DNA from: Epithemia pelagica
Lineage: Eukaryota > Protista > Bacillariophyta
Direction of reading: 5' to 3'
Length of the DNA: 12,938 nucleotides
Assembly (NCBI GenBank): GCA_946965045.2
Contig: CAMPTO020000006.1
Span: forward strand, 1 to 12,938
Below, one piece after another: positions 12,916 to 12,938 of this stretch. Within the stretch, counting starts at the first letter, position 1; each line of letters begins with the position of its first letter. The position numbers were made by a program, and so were the translations under genes. The notes under the pieces were generated by a model, which was not told the DNA's origin, searched no databases, and saw only the letters and a program-made list of their open reading frames with translations.

Positions 12916-12938
12916 GCCTCTTTAGCTCAGTTGGGAGA
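12916..12938 (+). tRNA. 5' part of a tRNA, truncated by the window edge, probably Phe
   Basis: GCCTCTT-TA-GCTC-AGTTGGGA-GA; the D-loop is typical of eukaryotic Phe; anticodon not visible. Confidence 0.7.

Overview
This is eukaryotic DNA with no credible protein-coding gene; all listed ORFs look incidental. The window is a dense non-coding RNA super-locus. Bases 1-4.55 kb hold U6, two spliced-leader (SL) RNAs, SRP/7SL RNA, U2, U4, U3, U5, U1, two identical 5S rRNAs and three orphan transcription units that use the same promoters. Bases 4.6-12.9 kb hold 33 complete tRNA genes (31 different anticodons, 19 amino acids) plus a truncated, probably Phe, gene, interrupted by several repeat or foldback islands. 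The SL exon, the 11-nt tRNA-Tyr intron and U73 of tRNA-His point to Euglenozoa; the SL looks most diplonemid-like from memory (inference, not a database result). Two upstream promoter classes can be read directly: GCTTCCCTGT-like at -48 (SL, U1-U5, U3, one orphan) and a 37-nt element ending about -25 (U6, 7SL, two orphans). The main anomalies are C33 instead of the near-invariant U33 in 8 of 33 tRNA genes, U1 and U2 with altered splice-signal recognition sequences, an SRP helix-8 hexaloop, and the three orphan RNAs (one vault-like). All folds and coordinates were worked out by hand; transcript ends may be off by 1-3 nt.
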